Origin: a bacterium UBP2_UBA2255
GTDB taxonomy: Bacteria > Edwardsbacteria > AC1 > EtOH8
Direction of reading: 5' to 3'
Assembly (NCBI GenBank): GCA_002347565.1
Contig: DDXR01000076.1
Coordinates: forward strand, 42,006-106,005
DNA length: 64,000 nucleotides
The translations under genes and the position numbers were made by a program. This document shows, piece after piece, positions 48,813 to 58,426 of this stretch; within the stretch, counting starts at the first letter, position 1; each line of letters begins with the position of its first letter. The notes below the pieces were generated by a model. That model was not told where the DNA came from. It made no database searches and saw only the letters and a program-made list of their open reading frames with translations.

Positions 48813-48889
48813 GCGCCTGTAGCTCAGGTGGATAGAGCATCTGCCTTCTAAGCAGATGGTCACAGGTTCGAGTCCTGTCAGGCGTGCCA
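48813..48889 (+). tRNA. tRNA-Arg (anticodon TCT)
   Basis: Acceptor GCGCCTG/CAGGCGT. Anticodon loop CUUCUAA. GTTCGAGTCCTGT T-arm. Encoded CCA. Confidence 0.9.
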
Positions 48890-48942
48890 GCGTCAAACGG
48901 CAGAGGATGGGCCTCTGCCGTTTCATCGGTCCCCGGCCGCGC

Positions 48943-49482
48943 CTACCGCTTGAGGACGAACCTGGTCTCGCCGAAGACGGTCGAGGCGTCGACCTGCAGG
49001 TAGGCCTTGGTGTCCTCGGTCAGGCTGTCGGTCTTGAACGCGTACTCGCCGAACGAGATCACGTTGCCGTCCGGCAGGCGGGCCGCGGCGAAAGCCGACG
49101 TGACCCTGACCTTGCAGGGCACGGACGGATCGAGGGTGACGGTGCTGTTGCCGAAGACGGTGCTGATCTCGACCCTCCTGACGGCGCCGGCGGGCCTGAT
49201 CCCGGTCAGGTCGATGTTGCTCTGGCCGAACACCACGCTGTACTGGTTGTGCGTCCCGTCGGCGGTGATGTCCCTGTCCTCGAACACCGCGGCGTTCCGC
49301 CCCCGGTGGCGGAAATTCATGCCGGTCAACAGGCTGATGCCCCAGAAGATCAGGAACAGCGCGAACAGGATGCGGAACACCGGGATCTTGATCCCCAGCA
49401 CGATGTTGAGGACCATCACCGCGCCCACCAGGATCAGGAACACGCCCCAAAAAACGCCGGAAAAGATGAAACCCATCCTCAT
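48943..49482 (-). CDS. LiaF-like/DUF2154-type membrane protein (putative cell-envelope stress sensor domain)
   Basis: Start at MRMGFIFSG (GGGAGGAGG RBS). Two TM segments, then a beta-rich domain with repeated TVFG elements. Confidence 0.5.
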   Translation of the reverse strand: MRMGFIFSGVFWGVFLILVGAVMVLNIVLGIKIPVFRILFALFLIFWGISLLTGMNFRHRGRNAAVFEDRDITADGTHNQYSVVFGQSNIDLTGIRPAGAVRRVEISTVFGNSTVTLDPSVPCKVRVTSAFAAARLPDGNVISFGEYAFKTDSLTEDTKAYLQVDASTVFGETRFVLKR

Positions 49483-49652
49483 GGCCTCCTCCCGTACAAT
49501 GTTGCCGTCGCACCAGTATCGACGGGCAGTATTGTACGAAATCCCGGTGCCGATGTCAACCGGCATCTCTTTGCTCTTGACTTTTCACGCGGGGTCTGCT
49601 TTAACAACAGCTCGCCCCCGTGCTTCCGCCCGCAGCCAACAAATCGAGGATC

Positions 49653-51044
49653 ATGAGCGTCCCATCAAATAGCGACCCGGCGGAACTCCCGCAGCTCCAG
49701 GAACGCTATGAGCGCAGCGCGGCCGGGCCGGAAAAGCTGGCCGCGGGGCTGGTCCTGGCCGCGTCCCTGGCCGAGCACGCCCGGTATGTCGAGGCGATCC
49801 ACATCCTCAACGACGTCACCGCGCAGGCCGCCGGCCCCGGGGAGCGCGCCAAGGTGCTGCGGCAGCTGGGATGGGTCCACCTCCGGCTGAGCGAGTACGA
49901 CCGCGCCTACCAGCTGCTGGGCGAGGCGCTGGCGCTGCTGAGCGTCCGCAACACCCTGGACCTGTTCCAGGTCTACTATGACATCGCCTGGATGTTCTAC
50001 CGCCAAGGCTACCTGGAGAACTCCCGCAACTACTGCGACGGCGCTCAGCTGGTGCTGCAGAACCTGGTCGACGCGCCCCCGGAGGGCGCCGAGCGCGCCC
50101 GCATCGAGCTGCTCCACATCAAGGCGCTGATCGACGCCGCCGCCGGCGAGCACGACGCGGCGGCGGTGATCCTGCAGACCGAGATCGAGGCCCACCGCCG
50201 TTCCGGAGACAACTACCGGCTGGCCGGCGCCTACAACAAGCTGGCCAGCGTGTCGCTGGCCCGCGGCGATGTCGCCGCCGCGCTGGCCAACCAGCAGCAG
50301 GCCCACGAGGTGGCGCAGCGCTGCGACGAGGGGTTCCGCCTGGCCCTGTCGCACAAGAACTACGGCGACATCTTCTTCATCATCGGCGACCTCGACCGGT
50401 CGCTTGAGCACTACCAGAGATCCCTACAGCTGGCCGCTGCCATCCACAACCGGCTGGGCGAGGTGTTCTCTGTCGGCGGCATCGCCAAGGTGCTGTGCGC
50501 CCGGGGCGAGTGCGCCCAGGCGCTGGAGCAGTCCACCAAGGCGCTGGCCACCGCCCATGACCTGGACAACAAGGATCGCGAGACCTGCCTGCTGGTCGAC
50601 CTGGCCGAGCTCCACAACCGCTGCCAGCACCCCGACGACGCGCTGGCGTGCCTGGAGCGGGCCGAGCGGATCGAGAAGGCCCGTGGGCTGGGCGTCTCGC
50701 CGCGGCACGTCCTGGCCCGGGCCCGGGCGCTGCTGGCCGGCGGCGCTCCGCAGGCGGTCGAGCAGGCCTGCGCCGCCGTGGGCGGACTGCTGGCATCGCC
50801 GATCAAGATCGACGACGAGGAGATGATCTCCGTCCCCGAGCTCCAAATCGACGCCCATGCGCTGATGGCCCAGGCGCTGCTGCGGCAGGGCCAGCGCGGC
50901 CCCGCCGCCGAGGAGGCGGCCAAGGCGGCCGCGCTGGTCGACGCCTTCTGCGCCCGGCTGGACGAGCCGCTGCGCCCGCTGTTCCGGGCCCGGCCCCAGA
51001 TCGCCGCGGTGGCCGAGCTGCAGCGGCAGCTGGCCGCCGCCTGA
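49653..51044 (+). CDS. TPR-repeat protein (paralogous to the TPR region of the MalT-like regulator)
   Basis: Start at MSVPSNSD with a GAGGA RBS. Repeated YxLxGxALxLL-type helices across the length. Confidence 0.6.
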   Translation: MSVPSNSDPAELPQLQERYERSAAGPEKLAAGLVLAASLAEHARYVEAIHILNDVTAQAAGPGERAKVLRQLGWVHLRLSEYDRAYQLLGEALALLSVRNTLDLFQVYYDIAWMFYRQGYLENSRNYCDGAQLVLQNLVDAPPEGAERARIELLHIKALIDAAAGEHDAAAVILQTEIEAHRRSGDNYRLAGAYNKLASVSLARGDVAAALANQQQAHEVAQRCDEGFRLALSHKNYGDIFFIIGDLDRSLEHYQRSLQLAAAIHNRLGEVFSVGGIAKVLCARGECAQALEQSTKALATAHDLDNKDRETCLLVDLAELHNRCQHPDDALACLERAERIEKARGLGVSPRHVLARARALLAGGAPQAVEQACAAVGGLLASPIKIDDEEMISVPELQIDAHALMAQALLRQGQRGPAAEEAAKAAALVDAFCARLDEPLRPLFRARPQIAAVAELQRQLAAA

Positions 51045-51073
51045 CGCGGCCCGCAAAACACTCACGAGGACCG

Positions 51074-52330
51074 ATGAAGCACCGTTACCCGCCCGCCGCT
51101 TTCTTCGCCCGCAACCGCGAGGCTTTCATCGGGCAGATGGCGCCCGGCAGCGCCGCACTGTTCCGCGCCCCGGACCCGGCCCGCAAGAACGCCGACGAAT
51201 CCCATCCCTACGAGCCGGACAGCGGCTTCTTCTACCTGACCGGCATCGAGGCCCCGCTCTCGGCACTGCTGCTGCACCCCGGCAGCCAGCGGTCGAAGCA
51301 GACGCTGTTCATCGAGAAGGCGGACCCCCGGATCGAGCAGTGGACCGGCAGGCGGATGACCGCCGACGAGGCCAAGGCCCGCAGCGGCGCCGACTCGGTC
51401 GGCTTCATCGACCAGCTGGAACAGGCCCTGGCCTTGGCGCTGGGCGCGGTCGAGGCCCTCTACATCTCCTACCCTGCGGTGGCGCTGGATGCGCCGCTGC
51501 CGGCCGAGCTGCAGTTCGTGAACCGGGTCCGGGAGCGCTTCCCGCACCTGCGGATCGTCCGGGCCGACCCCCTGATCGCCGCGCAGCGGGCGGTCAAGGC
51601 GCCGGAGGAACTCGGCCTGCTGCGGGAGGCGGTGCGGATCACCGGCGCGGGGCTGGCCGCGGCCATGCGGGCCGCCGGGCCGGGCGTCCACGAGTTCGAG
51701 CTGCAAGCGATCATCGAGAGGACCTACCGGGACCTGCGGTCGGAGGACGTCGGCTTCCGGACCATCGTGGCATCGGGGGCCAACGCCTGCACCCTGCACT
51801 ACGAGGCCAACGACTGCCCGATCGCCGACGGGGCGCTGGTGCTGGTCGACACCGGCGCCGACTACTGCCACTACACCGCCGACATTACCCGCACCTTCCC
51901 GGCCGGCGGGACGTTCTCGCCGCGGCAGCGCGAAGTCTACCAGAAGGTGCTGGATGCGCAGCAGCGGACAATCGCGCTGGTCAGGCCCGGGACGACGCTG
52001 GCCGAGCTGAACAAGCGGACGAGGGAGATGCTGGTCGAGGCCTGCAAGTCGATCGGCTTGGCCAAGGAGAAGTACGAGGAGTACTACACCCACATCCCGC
52101 ACGGCGTCAGCCACCACCTGGGGCTGGACGCCCACGACGTCATCGACCTGCGGGACGGCCCGCTGGCGCCCGGGAACGTGATCACGGTCGAGCCCGGCCT
52201 GTACATCCCGGCCGAGGGCCTGGGCGTGCGGATCGAGGACGACGTGCTGGTGACCGAAACCGGCTGCGAGGTTCTGTCCAAGGGCATTCCCAAGGAGGTT
52301 GACGAGATCGAAGCGCTGATGAAGAAATGA
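51074..52330 (+). CDS. pepP: Xaa-Pro aminopeptidase (M24B)
   Basis: Start at MKHRYPP (GAGGA RBS). The ORF-track 5' extension is Arg/Gly junk overlapping the TPR gene. [25 protein letters not shown] and [12 protein letters not shown] metal-ligand motifs. Confidence 0.9.
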   Translation: MKHRYPPAAFFARNREAFIGQMAPGSAALFRAPDPARKNADESHPYEPDSGFFYLTGIEAPLSALLLHPGSQRSKQTLFIEKADPRIEQWTGRRMTADEAKARSGADSVGFIDQLEQALALALGAVEALYISYPAVALDAPLPAELQFVNRVRERFPHLRIVRADPLIAAQRAVKAPEELGLLREAVRITGAGLAAAMRAAGPGVHEFELQAIIERTYRDLRSEDVGFRTIVASGANACTLHYEANDCPIADGALVLVDTGADYCHYTADITRTFPAGGTFSPRQREVYQKVLDAQQRTIALVRPGTTLAELNKRTREMLVEACKSIGLAKEKYEEYYTHIPHGVSHHLGLDAHDVIDLRDGPLAPGNVITVEPGLYIPAEGLGVRIEDDVLVTETGCEVLSKGIPKEVDEIEALMKK

Positions 52331-52559
52331 CCGGTCATCTTTTCCCCTGTTGCTTTCTTGTAACCAAGAAAGTAACCAGAGAAGTTCCGGGGTCTTTCAA
52401 CTTTCCGTGATACCGAACCGTTCGTTCAGCTCATTTTGGATCATCGCATATATTTCTTCATCATCGCCTCTCAGGCCGGCGAAAGCCCCCGGACCCGCTG
52501 CGTTCGGTCAACGCTTGGCCCTGACCATCACGCAGTAGGGCGGGATCAGCTATCGGCAC

Positions 52560-52588
52560 TTGAAATATCACCGGGAAATGGTTATACT
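52560..52588 (+). promoter_or_regulatory. candidate promoter for tmRNA precursor (TTGAAA-N17-TATACT)
   Basis: Hexamers with 17-nt spacing, ~70 nt upstream of the mature tmRNA 5' end. Confidence 0.4.
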
Positions 52589-52657
52589 TACTTTGCTTCT
52601 CAGTTTCCCTCTCCGCACCGGGGAGGGAACAAAGGGAGGGGTCAACATCAATATCAA

Positions 52658-53010
52658 GGGGGCGACAGGTTTCGACGGCTAAGCAGGGGTTCGGGTGGCA
52701 TGCCGAGAACGCCAGAGGGCTCGTTAAAATGCTGGCAAGCCAAGTAACTGGCTCGTATAATTACGCCCTGGCGGCTTAAGATAGCTGCCATGCCGCTGTA
52801 GGTCTCCGCCCATCGGGCTTATAGACGGCACCGTTTAGATAGGCTGGTCCGGTCCTTGGCCCCAGGGGGCCGGACGAGATTCATGGGGATGCTCCGGGCG
52901 GGACCGTGTTTATGCGGGCCCGGCCGGATAAGACAAAACATAGACTAAGCATGTAGAGGCCTGGGCTGCTCCTTTTCCGGACGCGGGTTCAAATCCCGCC
53001 GCCTCCACCA
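52658..53010 (+). ncRNA. ssrA: tmRNA (SsrA)
   Basis: 5' GGGGGCGACAGGTTTCGACGG. 3' tRNA-like end GGACGCGGGTTCAAATCCCGCCGCCTCCACCA. Internal tag ORF ...GGCTCGTATAATTACGCCCTGGCGGCTTAA encodes ...GSYNYALAA-stop. Confidence 0.85.
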
Positions 53011-53014
53011 ATAC

Positions 53015-53096
53015 GACAGCCGGCCGCGCAGCGGCCGGCTGTCATCGCCGGGAACGTTAAAGGGGCCGTCCTGTTTCCAGGACGGCCCCTTTAACT
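53015..53096. terminator. two tandem hairpins after tmRNA (bidirectional terminator for ssrA and the convergent sigma gene)
   Basis: GACAGCCGGCCGC-GCA-GCGGCCGGCTGTC and AAAGGGGCCGTCCTG-TTTC-CAGGACGGCCCCTTTAA. Confidence 0.5.
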
Positions 53097-53190
53097 GGAT
53101 TCCCGTTCCCCGCTTTCGCGACGATAGGCTTCACGGGAATGATCTGCCAGCACAACCTCCGCGTCTCCGTGCTTCTGTGGCAAATGGTTG

Positions 53191-54087
53191 TCAGCTCAGG
53201 TACGCCTTCAGCCTGCCCGTCTCCTGCGCGATCCGCAGCTTCTTCAGCGCCCGCTCCTTGAGCTGCCGCACCCGCTCGCGCGAGATGGACAGCGCCTTGC
53301 CGATCGAGTCCAGCGTGCCCTCGTCGTCGCCCTCCAGGCCGTAGTAGAGCTTCAGCACCTTCTCCTCGCGCGGGGTCAGCACCGCCAGCGCCAGCTTCAG
53401 GTCGCGCGACAGCGTCTTGCCCTTCAGCGCCTCCTCGGGGGAGGCCACCGCCGTGTCCTCCAGCACCTGGGACAGGCTCTTGTCCTCGCCGTCCGCGGAC
53501 TGCCGGTCCAGCGACACCTCGTTGGAGCTGTAGCCAAGCAGCTCGGCCACCTCGGCGGCCGGCAGCTTGGCCGCCTTGGCGATCTGCGACAGGTTGGGCT
53601 TCTGGCGCGGATTGTCGGGGTCGTTCTGCAGCCGCCGCACCGCCTTGTTGATCCGGGTCAGCTGATCGATGCGGTTCATCGGCAGGCGGATCGTCCGCGT
53701 GCCCTCGGCGATGGCCTTGAGGATGGCCTGGCGGATCCACCACACCGCGTAGGTGTTGAAGCGGTAGCCGCGGCTGGCGTCGAACCGCTGCACCGCTTTC
53801 ATCAGCCCGACGTTGCCCTCGTTGATCAGGTCGACCAGCGACAGGCCGCGGCCCTGGAACTCCTTGGCCACCGAGACCACGAACCGCAGGTTGCACTCGG
53901 CCAGCCGGTCGATGGCCCGCTGGTCGCCGCCCTTGGCGCGCAGCGCCAGGTCCAGCTCCTGCCGCTCGGTAAGGACTGGCATCCGGCTTATTTCGCGCAG
54001 GTAGATGTCCAGCGAAGGGTCGTCGTGGGAGGACGGCTGCGCGGGCCGGTCCAGCGTCATGGTGTCCTGCTCGAGTTCGTCGTACAT
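53191..54087 (-). CDS. RNA polymerase sigma factor, sigma-70 family (regions 2-4, short form)
   Basis: DLINEGNVGLMKAVQRFD...YAVWWIRQAI (region 2). TRTIRLP (region 3). C-terminal region 4 HTH LDSIGKALSISRERVRQLKERAL. Confidence 0.9.
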   Translation of the reverse strand: MYDELEQDTMTLDRPAQPSSHDDPSLDIYLREISRMPVLTERQELDLALRAKGGDQRAIDRLAECNLRFVVSVAKEFQGRGLSLVDLINEGNVGLMKAVQRFDASRGYRFNTYAVWWIRQAILKAIAEGTRTIRLPMNRIDQLTRINKAVRRLQNDPDNPRQKPNLSQIAKAAKLPAAEVAELLGYSSNEVSLDRQSADGEDKSLSQVLEDTAVASPEEALKGKTLSRDLKLALAVLTPREEKVLKLYYGLEGDDEGTLDSIGKALSISRERVRQLKERALKKLRIAQETGRLKAYLS

Positions 54088-54119
54088 GGCCGTATCCTGG
54101 TTCGGGTTCTGGGCGCCCG

Positions 54120-55619
54120 CTATTTCGCCGGCTTGACCGCCACGAAATACATGGCGTCGCCCCGCTTGATCAGGAACACCCGGGGCCGGCCGCCGGCCGC
54201 CGCCTGGGCCGCGGCCTGGTAGTCGTCGACGCCCCGGATCGCCCGGTCGTCAATCTTCCTGATGACATCACCGGCCCGCAGCCCGGCCTCGTCCGCCGGG
54301 GAGCCCGGCTCGATGTCGCGGATGACCACTCCCTGCCGCTCCCGGATGCCCATCTGCTGGGCCTCGGGCGAATTGACGGCCAGCACCCTGCGGATGCCCA
54401 GCCACGGCCTGTCGTCCCTGGGGGCGGCTGGACGGGCCGCGGTCTCATCCGGCAGCTCGCCGATGGCGGCCTTGAGCCTGATCTCCTTCCTGTCGCGGAT
54501 CACCACCAGCTCCACCTTGGCGCCGACACCGGTCTCGGCCACCATCTGGCGGAACTTGTCGACGCCGGCCACCGGCTTGCCGTCGAACCTGACGATGACA
54601 TCGCCCTGCTCCAGCCCGGCCCGGCTGGCCGGCGTCTCCTCCTGGACCGTGGCCACGATCACCCCGGCGGCGCCGCCCTTGAGCCCCAGCCCCTCGGCCA
54701 GCTCCCGGGTCACCTCCTGGGGCACGACCCCCAGGTAGCCCCGCACCACCTTCCCCTTGTCGATCAGCTGGTCGGCCACCCGGCGGGCCATGTTGATGGG
54801 GATGGCAAAGCCGATTCCCTGCCCGGCCGGGTTGATGGCGGTGTTGATGCCGATCACCTCTCCCCGGATGTTGACCAGCGGCCCGCCGGAGTTGCCGTAG
54901 TTGATGGCGGCGTCGGTCTGGATGAAATCCTGGTACATCGGGCCGCCGCCGCCGATCGGCAGGCCGGAGCGCCCCTTGTAGGAAATGATGCCTTGGGTGA
55001 CGGTGCGCTCCAGCCCGAAGGGGTTGCCGATGGCGATGGCGTAGTCGCCGACCTCCATGTCGTCCGAATTGCCCAGCGGGGCGACCTCGGCCTCGGACAA
55101 TCCGCCCTTGAGGCTCTGGAGCCGGATCACGGCCACATCGGTGCGGGGGTCGGTGCCGATCACCTCGGCGGTCAGCTCGCGCTTGTCGGACAGCGTCACC
55201 GTCAGCTCGCCGCCCCCGGCCACGACGTGGTTGTTGGTCAAAATCAGGCCCGCACGGTCGATGATGAAGCCCGAACCCTGGCCCTCCTGCACCCGCTGCT
55301 GGCGGGGCGCCTGCTGGCGGGGCTGTTCGCCGAAGAAATCGCGGAAGAAGTCGTCGAACGGACCGAAGTGCTGGGCGCCGGGCACGTCGACCAGCTTCTT
55401 GGAGCGGATGTTGACCACCGCCGGCGCCACCTTCTTGGCCACGGACACGAACGGGCTCCTGCCGTCCGCGGCCGGCGGCGGGACTGAACCGGTGTCGGCC
55501 CGCCCGCAGGCCGTCCAGTTGAAGCCCGAGGCGATGATGATGCCGGCCAGCAGGCACAGCGGCCCGACCGCCAGGGCGCGCCGGTTCTCAATCCAGAACG
55601 TCTTGATCCGGTTCTTCAT
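54120..55619 (-). CDS. htrA: DegP/HtrA-family periplasmic serine protease with two PDZ domains
   Basis: Catalytic triad context TNNHVV...D...GNSGGPL. Two PDZ-like segments. Confidence 0.95.
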   Translation of the reverse strand: MKNRIKTFWIENRRALAVGPLCLLAGIIIASGFNWTACGRADTGSVPPPAADGRSPFVSVAKKVAPAVVNIRSKKLVDVPGAQHFGPFDDFFRDFFGEQPRQQAPRQQRVQEGQGSGFIIDRAGLILTNNHVVAGGGELTVTLSDKRELTAEVIGTDPRTDVAVIRLQSLKGGLSEAEVAPLGNSDDMEVGDYAIAIGNPFGLERTVTQGIISYKGRSGLPIGGGGPMYQDFIQTDAAINYGNSGGPLVNIRGEVIGINTAINPAGQGIGFAIPINMARRVADQLIDKGKVVRGYLGVVPQEVTRELAEGLGLKGGAAGVIVATVQEETPASRAGLEQGDVIVRFDGKPVAGVDKFRQMVAETGVGAKVELVVIRDRKEIRLKAAIGELPDETAARPAAPRDDRPWLGIRRVLAVNSPEAQQMGIRERQGVVIRDIEPGSPADEAGLRAGDVIRKIDDRAIRGVDDYQAAAQAAAGGRPRVFLIKRGDAMYFVAVKPAK

Positions 55620-55941
55620 GCCGGTCCCCCTGCTTGAGGTTGATGGTTCCTTCGCTGATCCTGTGACTACGCAGGTCGCCCCGGATTTGTTCCGAGCCCT
55701 GGGCCATCTTCAGAATCACCCTGGCGCCGTTGAGATTGACGCCCATGTCGCGGATGAGGTAGAGGATGTCCTCAAGCAGCTCGAGATCGGCCTGGGAATA
55801 CATGCGGGAATGTCCCGAGACCCGGGCAGGGCACAGCAGGCCGCGGCGCTCGTAGATGCGCAGGGTCTGCTCGTGCACGCCGGCGATCTTGGCCACCACG
55901 CTGATGGTGTACAGCGGCATCTGCCGGTCAGGCTGGATCAT
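55588..55941 (-). CDS. hspR: MerR-family heat-shock regulator HspR-like
   Basis: YTISVVAKIAGVHEQTLRIYERRGLL is an HspR-type MerR HTH. Located between hsp20 and htrA on the same strand. The start could alternatively be M8. Confidence 0.75.
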   Translation of the reverse strand: MIQPDRQMPLYTISVVAKIAGVHEQTLRIYERRGLLCPARVSGHSRMYSQADLELLEDILYLIRDMGVNLNGARVILKMAQGSEQIRGDLRSHRISEGTINLKQGDRHEEPDQDVLD

Positions 55942-55999
55942 GCCTCAAGGCTCGATAACGAATGAAAGGGAGTTGAACATGGACCGGGGAACTCATAAT

Positions 56000-56163
56000 G
56001 AAACCAGGAAGCCAAGAATGAGTTTTCTTGCATTCATGGCCTCCTTATAAACAAAGAATTTTGGGACCCATCCACAGATGGCACCGATCGACACAGATTC
56101 TTAAAATGAACCAGGAAACAATGAATCCAAAATATCATGCATTCATGGTTTCCTTATAAAGGC
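56000..56163. repeat. tandem duplication of a ~55-nt segment in the hsp20-hspR intergenic region
   Basis: Copy 1 is 56000-56055 and copy 2 is 56107-56163. Both share ATGAA(A)CCAGGAA...GAAT...GCATTCATGG..TCCTTATAAA. On the minus strand each reads TTTATAAGGAGG/AAACC-ATG-AAT-GCA (SD plus mini-ORF). Confidence 0.6.
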
Positions 56164-56180
56164 TTCTATGAGTTCGGCCA

Positions 56181-56636
56181 CTAATTGACCTCGATGGCGA
56201 TCTCGCGCGGCTTGACCTCCTCGGACTTGGGGATGCGGATGGTCAGCACGCCGTTCTCGTAGGCGGCCTTGGTCTTGCCCGACTGGACCTCGGTGGGGAG
56301 CCGGATGATGCGCTGGAACTTGCCGTAGGTGCGCTCGATGCGGTGGTAGGTCTTGTCCTTGGTATCCTCGTCGTGGTGGCGCTCGCCGGAGATCGACAGC
56401 ACGTCGGCGGTGATCTGGATCTTGATGTCCTCCTTGGTCATGCCGGGGATCTCGGCCTTGACCACCAGCTCGTCCTTGGTCTCCTCGATGTCCATCAGCG
56501 GCGCCCACAGACCTTCGACCAATGCACGCCGTCCCGGAACCCGCCCGAAGAAATCGGTGAACACGCGGTTCATATCGTCATGGAAAGCCTGCATCTCGTT
56601 GAACGGGTTCCATTTGACCAGATCATTCGGAGTCAT
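56181..56636 (-). CDS. Hsp20/alpha-crystallin small heat-shock protein
   Basis: The alpha-crystallin domain pattern W.P..DI.ETKDELVVKAEIPG...GVLTIRIPK is unmistakable. Confidence 0.95.
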   Translation of the reverse strand: MTPNDLVKWNPFNEMQAFHDDMNRVFTDFFGRVPGRRALVEGLWAPLMDIEETKDELVVKAEIPGMTKEDIKIQITADVLSISGERHHDEDTKDKTYHRIERTYGKFQRIIRLPTEVQSGKTKAAYENGVLTIRIPKSEEVKPREIAIEVN

Positions 56637-56672
56637 GTCGGTTTTCCTTTCCTGTTATTGTATTCTTGGCTA

Positions 56673-56702
56673 ATTATAATACTTGAGCGTTCTTTTGTCA
56701 AG
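56673..56702 (-). promoter_or_regulatory. hsp20 promoter (TTGACA-N17-TATAAT, minus strand) overlapped by a HAIR-like HspR operator
   Basis: The minus strand reads CTTGACA-AAAGAAC-GCTCAAG, i.e. 7-7-7 spacing matching 11 of 14 arm positions of the HAIR consensus CTTGAGT-N7-ACTCAAG. The -35 TTGACA lies inside the left arm. The -10 TATAAT is 17 nt downstream. An AGGAAAGG RBS precedes the ATG. Confidence 0.5.
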
Positions 56703-56863
56703 TCCTTTGACATTGACAAAATGATTTATTTTGATAAATTCGTAATTCATTATTGTATAATGTATTGAACGCAATTATTACGGGAACCTGGTGACAAGGT
56801 ACAGTCTCTAACGGTATTGAACGGTTAAAACCGCAATAACTAACACGCAAACGGGGGAAGACC

Positions 56864-57793
56864 ATGAAAAAGCTGCTCACTTTGGCGATGCTACTCGCTA
56901 TCGGGTCATGCCTGGCGTTGACCGGCTGCAGCAAAACCACCTCTCCGGCGGCGATCGATGATGATGCCGCCATCAACACGGTGCTCTCCCTCTCCGGCTA
57001 CTCCACATCGGACAATTACGGGGACGACGGCACCGCGGCCGTCTCGTATGCCGCGGCCAAGGATTCCTTCCCGTCCTACATCAAGTGGCGCCGTCGCATC
57101 ACGTCGATCACCCGCAACGTCTCCATCAGCTACGATTCGGCCAACGCCGTGGCCCTGGCCGCCATCACCGTCGACTACTACGGCCGGCTGATCGTCGACA
57201 ACAACAACGATGGCGACCTGGCCGACACGCTGGTCCGGCCGCTGCACGACCGGGGCGTGCGCTACGTCCGGCTGCGCAAGGTGGGCGAACGCTGGCGGGT
57301 CTGGGGCTGCTCACCGCTGGAGATCGCCACGGTCGCGCCGCAGAACGCGGTGTCCATCGACAGCGTGCGGGTGGCCGGAGTGTACGACGGCCAGAACCGC
57401 GAGTGGCTGTTCAACGGCTCGGTCTTCAACCAGATCCGGCTGCGCGAGAACATGCCGCTGCTGGACGAGAACTCCTCGGTGACGCTGACCGTCTGGGGCC
57501 GGCTCCAGGACCCCGCCGACTCGATGTGGGCCTTCCTGCACCGGCGCGTCCCGCAGCTCGGCGGGCTGCTCTACCACCTGCGCGAGCCGCTGGCACGCAC
57601 CAGCGTCTTTGTTTTCACCAAGACCTGGACCATCGCCAGCGACAATATCACGTTCCGGCCGGCGCTGCGCCACGCCTGCGTCGACGCGATCCTGGGATCG
57701 ACGTTGTTCGACACCACGGCCGCGGCCGAATACTCGGCCCGGCTGTGGACCATGCCGTACATCGTCAAGGCGGCAGCCGACACCCTGCCCTGA
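56864..57793 (+). CDS. lipoprotein, hypothetical
   Basis: Lipobox LALTGCS. 309 aa, GC3-biased. Confidence 0.6.
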   Translation: MKKLLTLAMLLAIGSCLALTGCSKTTSPAAIDDDAAINTVLSLSGYSTSDNYGDDGTAAVSYAAAKDSFPSYIKWRRRITSITRNVSISYDSANAVALAAITVDYYGRLIVDNNNDGDLADTLVRPLHDRGVRYVRLRKVGERWRVWGCSPLEIATVAPQNAVSIDSVRVAGVYDGQNREWLFNGSVFNQIRLRENMPLLDENSSVTLTVWGRLQDPADSMWAFLHRRVPQLGGLLYHLREPLARTSVFVFTKTWTIASDNITFRPALRHACVDAILGSTLFDTTAAAEYSARLWTMPYIVKAAADTLP

Positions 57794-57869
57794 ACGCAGA
57801 AAAAGCTTGCCAAACGGGTTCCCCGCTGGTATACTGGCGGGGAACCCGTCCGCATGAGAGGAGACAAGC

Positions 57870-58349
57870 ATGAGAACAACGACCCTGGCCCTGCTGCTGG
57901 TCGCGGCCTTGCTCGCCGCTGTTGCCCCGTTGTCCGCCGACGTCGACGTCAACGTCAACATCGGCCTGCCGGTGGTGGTGCTGGACGGCGAGCCGGAGCT
58001 GACGGTGATCCCCGGCACCTATGTCTACTTCATCTTCGGCCGCGACGACGACTTCTTCTTCTACCGGGGATACTGGTGGCGTCTGCACGGCAAGAAGTGG
58101 TTCCGCGCGGCCGGCTACAACGGGCCGTGGGTGATCATCGCGCCGGGCAGGGTGCCCCGGCCGTTCCTGCGGCTGCCCGGCGGCTGGCGCTCGCTCCCGC
58201 CCGGCCACGCCCGGCTGAAGTGGGCCGAGGTCAAGCACGGCTGGAAGCAGTGGGAGAAGGAGCGGCGCTGGGACGCCAAGCCCGGCAGGCAGGACAATCC
58301 CAGGGGCGGCAAGGGCAGTTCCGGCAAGCCGCACGGCAAACGGAAGTAA
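57870..58349 (+). CDS. secreted hypothetical protein (Trp/Arg-rich)
   Basis: Signal peptide. GAGAGGAG RBS. 159 aa. Confidence 0.6.
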   Translation: MRTTTLALLLVAALLAAVAPLSADVDVNVNIGLPVVVLDGEPELTVIPGTYVYFIFGRDDDFFFYRGYWWRLHGKKWFRAAGYNGPWVIIAPGRVPRPFLRLPGGWRSLPPGHARLKWAEVKHGWKQWEKERRWDAKPGRQDNPRGGKGSSGKPHGKRK

Positions 58350-58375
58350 CGGCCCGGCCCGCGCCGCACCACGGC

Positions 58376-58405
58376 AAAGCCCCTGCGCCTACGCGCAGGG
58401 GCTTT
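58376..58405. terminator. stem-loop between convergent genes (weak terminator)
   Basis: AAAGCCCCTGCGC-CTAC-GCGCAGGGGCTTT. No clear U-tract. Confidence 0.35.
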
Positions 58406-58426
58406 GCGTTCCGATCCGGTCTGACG

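Noticed and set aside
48534-48926. 130-aa minus-strand ORF
   Set aside because: It spans both tRNA genes (tRNA-Pro and tRNA-Arg) and their promoter, so it is not coding.
50648-51073. 5' extension of the Xaa-Pro aminopeptidase ORF (ORF track starts at 50648)
   Set aside because: The extension overlaps the TPR gene in another frame and translates to Arg/Gly repeats. A GAGGA RBS and the conserved N-terminus begin at 51074.
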